Source: Pecten maximus (Eukaryota). Taken from it: 64,000 nt of DNA. Below are positions 37,432 through 48,604 of this stretch, one piece after another. Where the stretch lies: contig NC_047028.1 of NCBI RefSeq assembly GCF_902652985.1, positions 12,462,001 to 12,526,000 of the forward strand, in the 5' to 3' direction. The position numbers were made by a program, and so were the translations under genes. The notes below the pieces were generated by a model, which worked only from the letters and a program-made list of their open reading frames with translations, was not told the DNA's origin and did not search any database. Every line of letters begins with the position of its first letter. Within the stretch, counting starts at the first letter, position 1.

Positions 37432-40400
37432 AAAACCCATTTGTTCAATTTCATTGATACAGATAATGTGGTGCTGACGTACTTGCCTTCTGGTTATCAC
37501 AACTGAACCCTGTCCTAGTTTGTTGGTGTATATGAGACTGAAATCATCACCGTATAATATACTGTTACTATTGCTGTCATTCTTATATCCTATATACTGA
37601 GTATATAGTATAATCTTCATACTGATAACATTGCATTGATCATCTTTGTTGATATGGATATCTAGATTTCCTTCCCTGTCCCTTACTTTTTGGATCTCTT
37701 GATTGGTTATCGACATATTTACATTCCGTGAGCTTGTTTTCGCTACCATATGATGTTTAGACTGTGATTGCCATTGCCGAAGATGAGCTAGTGGAAAGAA
37801 ACAACTAGGTAACGATTTGTTATTTGACAACGTGTTCTGTCATCCTTCCTGACGAATGTAACTTCGAATTGAGATGCCTGATGACAATGATTTTTTATTA
37901 TCTTTTATATAAATATTAATACACATTTTTAAAATGATCAGTCATATATATTTAATATCATTATCTTTTTTTCAATTCGGGAAACTGTTTTAATCGGTGA
38001 ATTAAAGATTTTGTTTTTGGAACGGACGTGTGCTGGAACAATGTCTTTTATTGTTAAAGGGAATACAAATGTAAAAATCAGTGTTTGGAAAATGTGTCAT
38101 ATTTTCAGGAATCGTCACTCGCACACACGTGACTCCTTTCTATTTTATCCATGTAGCAAAAATCAACCGAGATTAATTTTTATTTAAAACTCGTATACAT
38201 ATATCTATAGAATATTTTTACGGTATACGCTCGGGTATCGCTATTTCAAAATTCCATTTTCATTATTTATAAGAGGAAATCATCGTTTAATAAATATTAA
38301 ATACAGTTTTAGTCGCTTTAAGGAAATTTAAAAAGCATATGGACGTCATATCTATAGACATCAAAAACGATAACACGAGTGGAAACTGAACTAAAAGGAA
38401 GTGATGTATATATACAGTCGTGTAAGTCCAACTTCATATCGCATTGTGGTGACGATCTTAAATCTCAGGTAGATGTTATCTTGGTTTTAAAGGTATCCAT
38501 CACCAAACAATATTTAAAAAGTGATCCTCGCAGCCTTTCATGATCAGCTTGTATCTATTTTGAGGTAGACAACGGTGTGCTTTTGTTACACGTATCGCTT
38601 TGTTTCATTTATATTGTATTCCTTTTGTTGCGATTAAGAGTGATTTTAATTGTTAGTTATTAATTACAGTGGTATTATTGACTAGTTTTACCAATATTTA
38701 AAGGTTGAACATGATTTAATTGATGACCAATGTTTAAGCTGTTGAATGTAATTTGATTTACCAATATTTTATTTTAGTTAAATAAAATATATATTTTACG
38801 AATTTGGTTAACTGTATGATTACTTAAAGCCATAATATGACCGCTTATCCTAAACAATTCATTTGGACGGCATACCAAAATATCAAATGTGTAAATCATA
38901 TTGTGAAACTGTTTATATGATGACAACTTTTCAGAGTGAATATGAAAAATTTGCAAATTGACTATAGGGAAGTTACACTGAAACGTGAAATATAGTGTTA
39001 ACCTAAAGTGATATTATGCGGATTGAAATGAAATAAAATAAACAGAAGCAATACAATCATTTTTATTACATCAGTTTCTTAGATAGCGAATAGGCATTAG
39101 TGTGGGCATACATGGAAAAATAACAAAATTATTATATCAAACAATATTCATTTCAATTATTTGTCATACAGGAATATATAAGGATACTTAGTTATACATG
39201 TATATACTAATCATACACACTAATGCTTGTTTTACAGAAATATATGAGTCATGGTCAGAAATCTTAAATATAAGAATTTTTTTAATCTATTGAACCAAAC
39301 TTTAGGGTAAAATGTCCATTATGGCATCAATTTCAAAATAAAGTTTTCACAAACAAGAAACAGGAATTTGAAATTAAATTTAGAATCGTTACAAAAGCGT
39401 AAACTTCCAAAGTTGTACATGTTGATATTATTTGCTCATATGTCCTAAGAGACAAAATGATGATTTATCAGAGGCTGTTTAAGTCACACAATGGTGGGGG
39501 ACTGTTTTGAAGAGAACATTTTAACTAAAATCAATGAGGTTGGATGATGAAACAAGTTTTAATTGCTTTGTTGTTTAAAATTAAAATCCTGTGAGCAAAA
39601 AGAACAAAAAAATGTCAGAAAGGAAAAAACAAGTATTGGATCCTGACCAAAAAAATGTCTATAGCTTACTTTAAAATCACGGTTTACAATGAACAACATT
39701 GTACCAACATTGATTTGTTTTACTGGCAGCACTTCTTTCCCCTGTCTTTCTTCTCTCATATATATATGGACAATACATATATCCTTCCTGGTCAATAATG
39801 CCTTTACCTTAATAAAGCACAAAATTGCGAATTACATATGTACTTATGGTTCAGTTTAAAAATCTGGTCATCCCTCGCCTCAATAACCTCACCTAAACAG
39901 CCATTGCTCTTTTTTGTCTTTTCCACACTCTCCTTTTGATTCTTTCGCACGTCTTCGCTCTCTCTTTCACTTCTCATATCAGCCTCCTCCTGATTATTCC
40001 TCCTTCCAACACTCTGCTCCAGCTTGTCCGTCGTAACAACCCACTCCTCCTGTTTCTCCATTAGCTGCGATAACGTAGCTCTGGACGACGGACGGACAAT
40101 TTCTGACAGATGGTCGTCGTTAGAAGAGCATTGTAGGTAGGGTATGAATATTCGTTCTATTTCTCCATCATCTCAACAGTCTCATCGTGTTCTTTCTTGT
40201 CTCGTCACCATCAATATAATTCTCTTCCATTTCACACTCTTCTTCTGATCTCCCATTACACCAATACTATCATTTTATTTTCCCACTTATGTTACACTAA
40301 GAATATAACACGACACAGTGCCGTTGTAATAGATAGTACTAAGACATTGCTTTGTTCCGAATATGAAATATTCACAGAACATATACAGTTTGAACTGGAA

Positions 40401-41399
40401 GCTGAGAAACGGGCCGGTCTTTGCTGTCGTGGTTGTGTCCTTCGGCAATACACTTTACTCAAATTGCTCTGGATAACATGTGACGGGCCTCCCGTATGTT
40501 GTTGAATGAGGTAATCACCAACTACTACAAGGAGACCCTGCCTTTGAATTCCAATGAAGTCAATAGTAAAAGCACCTACGTCTGTTTTCTGTTATCCTAC
40601 CAATTGATGTATGTAACAAAAAATAGTTTGACTTTTATTACCAAAATTCTAACAGATGGATGCAAGACATGACATGGATAATAACAGTCTTCACAACAAA
40701 CAACTTCTCTCTTTCTTCATGCATTAATTTTGTCCCTTAAAATTTCCGTTTTCTCGATCTCATCGATGGTCCGAAGAACATCGGAGTCATAGTCACTTAC
40801 ATTTCTTGTATATTCGACAGGTTTTTGGATATGGAATTTATCTCACACGAGTAAGCTAAAGCTCGTGTCTTTTGTAATAAATAACTTACGAGTGGGAAAT
40901 AAATTCCATATCCAAAAATCACAAAAATCAGGGGCTCGGACTCCGGAGTAATACCTGGCATCAGGTTCATGTTTATAATGTTTAATGTAATATATCTCTT
41001 ATACCTAAAAGACTTAGGGCTTTTAGTTAATAAAGAACTAAACTGAACTAAGTTGATAAACAAAACAATAAAAAAATGTAGCAATACTTACAAGTATGGG
41101 GTATTGATATACATTTTTTAGAGTATGTTTGATTGCTGGATTTTTAGTGGCGTCTTTCACGAATGAAGTAAATGGAATTTGTTAGTTAGTTATTGGTATA
41201 TCTGAATGACTCCTCTTACTAATAGGTGTCGTCTCACCGACTATAAACTGTGTTAGAAAGTAAATGGAAGGTGGCACAGATCAGGAATGGTTTATATAAC
41301 TAGGAAGGCAGGGATAGGGTTTAGCAGTGTTTAAAAGGGGATAGAATGGAAGGTATTTGAATTACGAGATTTAATAGGAAAAGGAATGACAGGGAAAGA

Positions 41400-43358
41400 A
41401 TGGGAATTACGGGATATAACAGGGAGTGTGATGGAAGGATGACATTACGGAATATAACAGGGAGGGTAATGGAAGGGATGATATTACAGAATATAACAGG
41501 GAGGGTAATGGAAAGGTGGAAATTGCGGGATATAACAGGGAGGATAATGGAAGGCTGGAGATTACGGGATATAACAGGGAGGGTAATGGAAGGGTGGATA
41601 TTACGGAATATAACAGGGAGGGTAATGGAAGGGTGGAGATTACGGGATATAACAGGGAGGATAATGGAATGATGGAGATCACGGGATATAACAGAGAGGG
41701 TAATGGAAGGCTGGAGTTACGGGATATAACAGGGAGGGTAACGGAAGGGTGGATATTACGGGATATAGCAGGGAGGGTAATGAAAGAGTGGAGATTACAG
41801 GATATAACATGGATGATAATGGAAGGGTGGAGATTACAGGATATAACATGGAGGATAATGGAAGGGTGGAGATTACAGGATATAACATGGAGGATAATGG
41901 AAGGGTGGAGATTACAGGATATAACATGGAGGATAATGGAAGGGTGGAGATTACGGGATATAATAGGGAGGGTAATGGAAGGGTGGATATTTCGGGATAT
42001 AACAGGGAGGCTAATGGAAGAGTGGAGATTACGGGATATAACATGGATGATAATGGAAGGGTGGAGATTACGGAATATAACAGGAAGGGTAATGGAAGGG
42101 TGGAGATTACGGGATATAACAGGGAGGATAATGGAAGGGTGGAGATTACGGGATATAACGGGGGGGGGGGGGGGGGGGGTAACGGAAGGGTGGGGATTAC
42201 GGGATATAACAGGGAGGGTAATGGAAGGGTGGAGATTACGGGATATAACAGGGAGGGTAATGGAAGGGTGGAGATTACGGGATATAACAGGGAGGGTAAT
42301 GGAAGGGTGGAGATTACGGGATATAACAGGGAGGGTAATGGAAGAGTGGAGATTACGGGATATAACAGGGAGGGTAATGGAAGGGTGGAGATTACGGGAT
42401 ATAACAGGGAGGGTAATGGAAGGGTGGAGATTACGGGATATAATAGGGAGGGTAATGAAAGGGTGGAGATTACGGGATATAATAGGGAGGGTAATGGAAG
42501 GGTGGATATTTCGGGATATAACAGGGAGGCTAATGGAAGAGTGGAGATTACGGGATATAACATGGATGATAATGGAAGGGTGGAGATTACGGAATATAAC
42601 AGGAAGGGTAATGGAAGGGTGGAGATTACGGGATATAACAGGGAGGATAATGGAAGGGTGGAGATTACGGGATATAACGGGGGGGGGGGGGGGGGGGGGG
42701 GGGTAACGGAAGGGTGGGGATTACGGGATATAACAGGGAGGGTAATGGAAGAGTGGAGATTACGGGATATAACAGGGAGGGTAATGGAAGGGTGGAGATT
42801 ACGGGATATAATAGGGAGGGTAATGAAAGGGTGGAGATTACGGGATATAATAGGGAGGGTAATGGAAGGGTGGATATTTCGGGATATAACAGGGAGGCTA
42901 ATGGAAGAGTGGAGATTACGGGATATAACATGGATGATAATGGAAGGGTGGAGATTACGGAATATAACAGGAAGGGTAATGGAAGGGTGGAGATTACGGG
43001 ATATAACAGGGAGGATAATGGAAGGGTGGAGATTACGGGATATAACGGGGGGGGGGGGGGGGGGGGGGGTAACGGAAGGGTGGGGATTACGGGATATAAC
43101 AGGGAGGGTAATGGAAGGGTGGAGATTACGGGATATAACAGGGAGGGTAATGGAAGGGTGGAGATTACGGGATATAACAGGGAGGGTAATGGAAGGGTGG
43201 AGATTACGGGATATAACAGGGAGGGTAATGGAAGAGTGGAGATTACGGGATATAACAGGGAGGGTAATGGAAGGGTGGAGATTACGGGATATAACAGGGA
43301 GGGTAATGGAAGGGTGGAGATTACGGGATATAACAGGGAGGGTAATGGAAGGGTGGAG
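41400..43358. repeat. G-rich 39-bp minisatellite (unit B copy), ~50 copies with poly-G tracts
   Basis: Same unit as 33300-33945. Poly-G runs at ~42159-42179, ~42679-42703 and ~43046-43069. Confidence 0.95.
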
Positions 43359-43561
43359 AACAGCTAGGCCTACTGCGCTACGTACATGTAGGTCATGAGC
43401 TCGGTGCTATCGGGAGTGTCAGTGTTTTGTCAGATCCTGTTTTCTAAACTGTCTGCATTATACTGGCATCCTCCTTATCAGCACATAAAACGGCTCTTCT
43501 ACTTGTGTTTAAATACTTTATAACAATGTTACACAACTCACAAAACGAAAGCACAAGTATA

Positions 43562-43722
43562 TTCTTGTCTATTTATGCACCGATACAACATTGGAATCGA
43601 TTATAAAGCGCTTTTTAACCCGTTTCTGGTTGTTATAACTCTCTATTTTATAACAACCAGTTTTTTTTAAACGCGCTTTATAATCGATTCCAATGTTGTA
43701 TCGGTGCATAAATAGACAAGAA
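43562..43722. mobile_element. Palindromic MITE-like element (truncated paralogous copy at ~33945-34093)
   Basis: TTCTTGTCTATTTATGCACCGATACAACATTGGAATCGATTATAAAGCGC ... GCGCTTTATAATCGATTCCAATGTTGTATCGGTGCATAAATAGACAAGAA. Confidence 0.75.
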
Positions 43723-44039
43723 ATGATGTTACAAATTAAAATTAGACAATTCCATTATATCTTTAGTTCCTGATCCCAAGTACCTGTGAATGAAAGTGCA
43801 TTAAAGTCTGAGGCGGTACAAAACTAGATCGCCAATGTAAACAGTGAATGTATTCAAACGCAGGCAAGAAAGTGATTCGTCTCTCAGAACAGAAGCACGC
43901 GACCCAAAATCTTAACATTCAACGGGAAATGAAGTAATCTGAGTTTACTAGTTTCAGAGCGAAGTGAAAAAGTAAATATATCGTATTAAATGTCAGAAAG
44001 AATAATCCATCAATAAGAATAATAAATGCCATGTTTCGT

Positions 44040-44189
44040 GCCGTTTGTTTGAAACGATTTATTCCGATAATTTGTGTGTGTGTATGTAAACAAACGTGTC
44101 CACACCTTCACTAGGCCGTATCGCGGAAGTTCGCTGTGCATAGTTTCTTATCTTCATCACGTATACATGTTTATTAACACAGGTAAGTA
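44040..44189 (+). promoter_or_regulatory. Putative promoter / non-coding exon 1 of serpin copy 4
   Basis: TTCCGATAA, TGTAAACA (44085-44092), CGCGGAAGT (44122-44130) and donor CAG|GTAAGT (GT at 44183). Confidence 0.6.
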
Positions 44190-44919
44190 ACTGATATATC
44201 TACATTATTTTCGTAAGGTGGTTGTTCTGATATTCTGGATATAACCCCCAATTTATATATGTAGGTAATGATCGAGTAGTTCTTATCGATAAAAATGATA
44301 ACTGATAACACTGATCTATAATCTATAAATTTAACAAGAGTTGGTCCCGAAGGGGGCGAGAGTTACCATGCTTACACATTGTACATATGAAGTTAATGAC
44401 TTTTGTCCGTTAATTAACTGGTGTGTCGTATACAAGAAGTACCCTACTGCTAGGTTTCGCCAAAACGAGTATAGTATATATATAGTTATAATTGTTTAGT
44501 ATCGCATCTCGTCTGCTGAAAGACCCGTTAAATAAATAAATAGTGTCACATGACTCGGGATTGGAAGGTAGGAATTACGGGATTTAACAGGGAATGTCGT
44601 GATAAATATACCTTAAGCCAAGTTGACGTGATAAGATTGGTCATAAAACCTGCTAAACTGACACAGTTTTATGGCCATAACAACAGGTAGGCCTACAAAT
44701 AATTACCGAATATTTCATTTCCACAGTTACAGATATAACTATTACAAGCCACTTATAAGTTGATGTTAACCTATCAATATAACAATATGATGTAGTGAAT
44801 TTGGACTTTTATATTGTAAACAATTACAAAATAACAAGAGTGATATATATTAAACTACACGTTAGACAATGTGTGAGTATGAGTATGTTAATAGTGATTT
44901 AATACACTATTTCTATCTG

Positions 44920-46110
44920 CTTACCTATCCTACATTGTATATATTCTATCCTACATGGCATATATTTACATATATATATATATATACTTTATTGTATAAT
45001 TCATAGCATACATGAAATATTGTGTATATTCTATCCTATATTATATATATATATATATCCTACACTATATGTATGTTACCCTTCATTGAATATATTCTAT
45101 CCTATATTGTATTACTAGTATTCATATCCTGCATTGTATGTACATTCTATTGTATGTATTCTAATCTACTTTGTATATATTCTATCTTACATTTTATACA
45201 TCTATCCTGTATTGGGTATATATATATGTACGCTTATGTTTAACGGTATATTTATATGAATATTAATATTTTATTGCTTTATATTATCCCGTGATAAAAT
45301 AATAATCCAGTATTTAGATTTAAGTAACCTTAGCCAAAGGTTTACTCTCTTATACAATCTCAAGGAGTTACTTCCCCTTAAGTCAATTTGTCATATCAAT
45401 GTGTACATATACATTGTATTTGTCTGTATATAAGGAGAAGACTAAGGTAGGCTATTCCTGATATCTAATGCTATTGACTTTCTTTCTATGTCAATAAAAT
45501 TTGTCAAAATTGAAATTGAATATATCTTTTATTATACATTTAAAAAAAATCCTTTCCTATATCTATCCTACATTGTATATATTCTATCTTACATTGTATA
45601 TATGTCTATTACCTGCATTGTTGCATCCTAAGTTATATATATGCCTGTTTTACATTGTATATATTTTATCCTACTTTGTATAATTCCTATCCTACATTAT
45701 ATATGTGATCATACTTTGTATATCTTCTTATTCTACATTGTATATATCTATCCTTCATTTTATAAATTCTATCCTAATTGTTTATATTCTATCCTACAGT
45801 TTATATATCTATCCTGCATTGTATAAATCCTAAATTATATATGCCTGTTTTACATTGTACATGTATATATTTTCTCCTACTTTGTATAATTCCCATCCTA
45901 CATTGTTATACCCATCTTTAATTTATATTTCTTATCCTACATTATATATATTCTGTCCAAAATTGTTTATATCTATCCTGCATTGTATATATCCTTAATT
46001 ATATATACGTTTTACATTGTACACTGATATTATATTTTATATATTCATATCTTCCATTGCATATTCTATTCATACATTGTGTATTGTTGTCCCATATTAT
46101 ATATTCCTAT
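44920..46110. repeat. Degenerate ATCCTACATTGTATAT low-complexity repeat in serpin intron 1 (shorter versions before copies 2 and 3)
   Basis: Recurring TATCCTACATTGTATAT-like units up to the splice acceptor. Confidence 0.65.
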
Positions 46111-46127
46111 TCTACTTTTTCAGGTGT

Positions 46128-47369
46128 ATGAAACAACAACGGCTGTCCCTAATCCTTACCATGGCTTTCCTTCAGTCACTTAGCAGCGCTAAAGTCTTCA
46201 GAGATGATGGACTGCATACAGATTTCCAGACGTCCAACGCGGACTTTACCTTGGAGATTTATAAGCGTTTGACTAAAATGTCCACAGACGGGAATTTGTT
46301 CTACTCGCCTTTCTCCATCTCTGCCGCTATGTCCATGGTTTATCTTGGTGCCAGGGAGCAGACGGCAGCCCAGATGATTCCCGCGCTTAGAATTCAATCC
46401 TTAGGTCAGCGGGTGCACGATGGTTATGAGGATTACTTGAAGGTGGTTTTAGGTAAAAGCGATAACGTCACACTTCAGATTGCCAACAGACTGTATCCTG
46501 ACAGTAAGACGGACATTGTACCATCTTTCATTGAGCTATGTGCTAAGCACTACCAAGCCGACACCAAAACAATGGACTATGGACAATTTGAAACTGCAAG
46601 AAAAGAAATCAACGAATGGGTGAGTCATCAGACAGCAGAGAAAATAAAAGACCTTCTTCCTGAGGGATCTTTAAATCCATTAACAATGATGGTATTGGTA
46701 AACGCTATCTACTTCAAAGGTGACTGGGAGACAAAATTTGATGACAAAGTTACCAGGGATATGACCTTTCATAACCTCAAAGGTCAACAAAAGACTGTGA
46801 AAATGATGTTTCAGAAAGCTACAAAATTTCCGCTTAAATACGATGATGAATTCAAATGTAAGGTTTTGGAATTGCCTTACAAAGGGAACAGCCTCTCAAT
46901 GGTCATTATTTTGCCAGATGATACAGACGGATTGCCTGCTCTTGAAGAGAAATTAACCCCGTCCGTACTTAAAGGACTTACGACAGAAATGCCACCTGTA
47001 AAAGTGGAAGTGTTTCTCCCAAAATTTAAACTTAAATCGGGGTTTGAGCTTTCAAAAATGTTCCAAAGTATGGGAATGACAGATCTGTTTGATAAATCCA
47101 AAGCCGACCTGACTGGCATAGACGCCTCCAAGATGTCATATGTGTCCGCCATATTTCACCAAGCTTTTGTGGACGTGAACGAAGAAGGCACTGAAGCAGC
47201 AGCAGCCACAGCCGTTGTAATGATGAAAAGATCATTGCCAAGACCACCATTACAGTTCAAGGCCGACCACCCATTCATGTTTGTCATCAAAGACAATCGG
47301 TCCAACACAATTTTGTTTGTTGGAAGATTTGCTGATGTTGTTGAGGCACAAGGAAAAGATGAATTATAG
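46128..47369 (+). CDS. Serpin copy 4 (413 aa), signal peptide + KDEL; dibasic RCL MMKR|S, candidate proprotein-convertase inhibitor
   Basis: Acceptor TTTTTCAG ends at 46123. N-terminus MKQQRLSLILTMAFLQSLSSA. Hinge and loop EEGTEAAAATAVVMMKR|SLPRPP. Ends QGKDEL*. Confidence 0.96.
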   Translation: MKQQRLSLILTMAFLQSLSSAKVFRDDGLHTDFQTSNADFTLEIYKRLTKMSTDGNLFYSPFSISAAMSMVYLGAREQTAAQMIPALRIQSLGQRVHDGYEDYLKVVLGKSDNVTLQIANRLYPDSKTDIVPSFIELCAKHYQADTKTMDYGQFETARKEINEWVSHQTAEKIKDLLPEGSLNPLTMMVLVNAIYFKGDWETKFDDKVTRDMTFHNLKGQQKTVKMMFQKATKFPLKYDDEFKCKVLELPYKGNSLSMVIILPDDTDGLPALEEKLTPSVLKGLTTEMPPVKVEVFLPKFKLKSGFELSKMFQSMGMTDLFDKSKADLTGIDASKMSYVSAIFHQAFVDVNEEGTEAAAATAVVMMKRSLPRPPLQFKADHPFMFVIKDNRSNTILFVGRFADVVEAQGKDEL

Positions 47370-47566
47370 AAAACTCATTTGTTCAATTTCATTGATACAG
47401 AAAATGTGGTGCTGATGTACTTGCCTTCTGATTTTTACAATTGAACCCTGTCCTAGTTTGCTTGTGTATATGAGACTGAAAACATCACCCTTTAATATAT
47501 TGTTACTACTGCTGTCAATTGTTATATCCTATAGTGTTCACACTGATAACATTGCATTGATAATCT

Positions 47567-47621
47567 TTATTAGTCCCATGCCGTTTGAAAAACGGGGGGA
47601 CTTTAGGTTTACCCTCCGTCC

Positions 47622-47655
<34 letters not shown>

Positions 47656-48279
47656 ACGTCCGTCCGTCTGTCTGTCTGTCATGCAATAGTTGTCCGGACA
47701 ACTCCTTCTAAAGTACTACTCCGATTTTAATGAAACTTGGTATACATGATCAGTATAACATGTAGTTGTGCATCGCATCGCACATTTTTTGTTCCAAAAA
47801 CCAATTTTTAAAATGGCCGCCGACTTGTCATTGGTTGAGACTTTTCCGGACAACTCCTCCTAAAGTACTACTCCGATTTTAACGAAACTTGGTATACATG
47901 ATCAGTATAACATGTAGTTGTGCATCGCATCGCACATTTTTTGTTCCAAAAACCAATTTTTAAAATGGCCGCCGACTTGTCATTGGTTGAGACTTTTCCG
48001 GACAACTCCTCCTAAAGTACTACTCCGATTTTAACGAAACTTGGTATACATGATCAGTATAACATGTAGTTGTGCATCCCAATTTTTCTTTTCGTATGAA
48101 ACATTTTTCAAAATGGCCGCCGGCTTCTCATTGGTTGAGGTGTGTCCGGACAATCCTAAAGTATTACTCCGATTTTAACGAAACTTGGTACGTAGTTTAA
48201 AAAATGGGAAATAAATAGTTGCATTCCAGGGTCAGGCAGGGGACTTTGTATTGCTGTTGCAATACTATCCATCCTTGTT
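47567..48279 (+). mobile_element. Non-autonomous Helentron-associated element (HINE-like) in the 3' flank of serpin copy 4
   Basis: 5' hairpin AGTCCC..CCGTTT-GAA-AAACGG..GGACT, (GTCT/GTCC)n, ~3 copies of a 152-bp repeat (CCGGACAA at 47694, 47846, 47998, 48146), 3' GGGGACT and stem-loop GTATTGC-TGTT-GCAATAC, ending CTTGTT. Absent from the paralogous 3' flanks. Confidence 0.82.
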
Positions 48280-48604
48280 AACATTGCTGATATTGATACA
48301 ATGTATCTAGATTTATTCCTTGTTCCTTGCCTGTTAGATATTTTAAACTTGTTCCAGCTACCTGTCAAGCATTTAGAGAGTGAAAGGTATTCTTGAAGAT
48401 GAGCGATTGGAAACAGTAAGTGCTTAGTTATTTTTGAGTGACAATGTGTTGTGATAAGAGTGTGAAATAGGGATCTTAATTTTGTTTTCTGGTAAGACTG
48501 AGAGATCTTAATTTGTTTCTGTTTTGTGCTTGATTTTTATGGATAAAAGAAAAACTCCACAATGCATACACCCTGCTACGACTGCTGTCTTTAAAAAAAA
48601 ATCA

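Larger units (their letters stand above)
27490..44735 (+). repeat. Tandem segmental duplication: unit A ~27490-35118, unit B ~35119-44735
   Basis: Colinear homology of the intron-1 3' part, serpin CDS, 3' flank (29784-30190 vs 37432-37835, near identical), intergenic DNA, 39-bp minisatellite and the next promoter/exon 1 (34100-35115 vs 43720-44735). Confidence 0.85.

Noticed and set aside
41400-43398. 549-aa and 396-aa (EITGYNREGNGRV)n ORFs resembling a repeat or biomineral protein
   Set aside because: A 39-bp minisatellite open in multiple frames, with frame switches at the poly-G tracts, no signal peptide, and a different length in the paralogous array.
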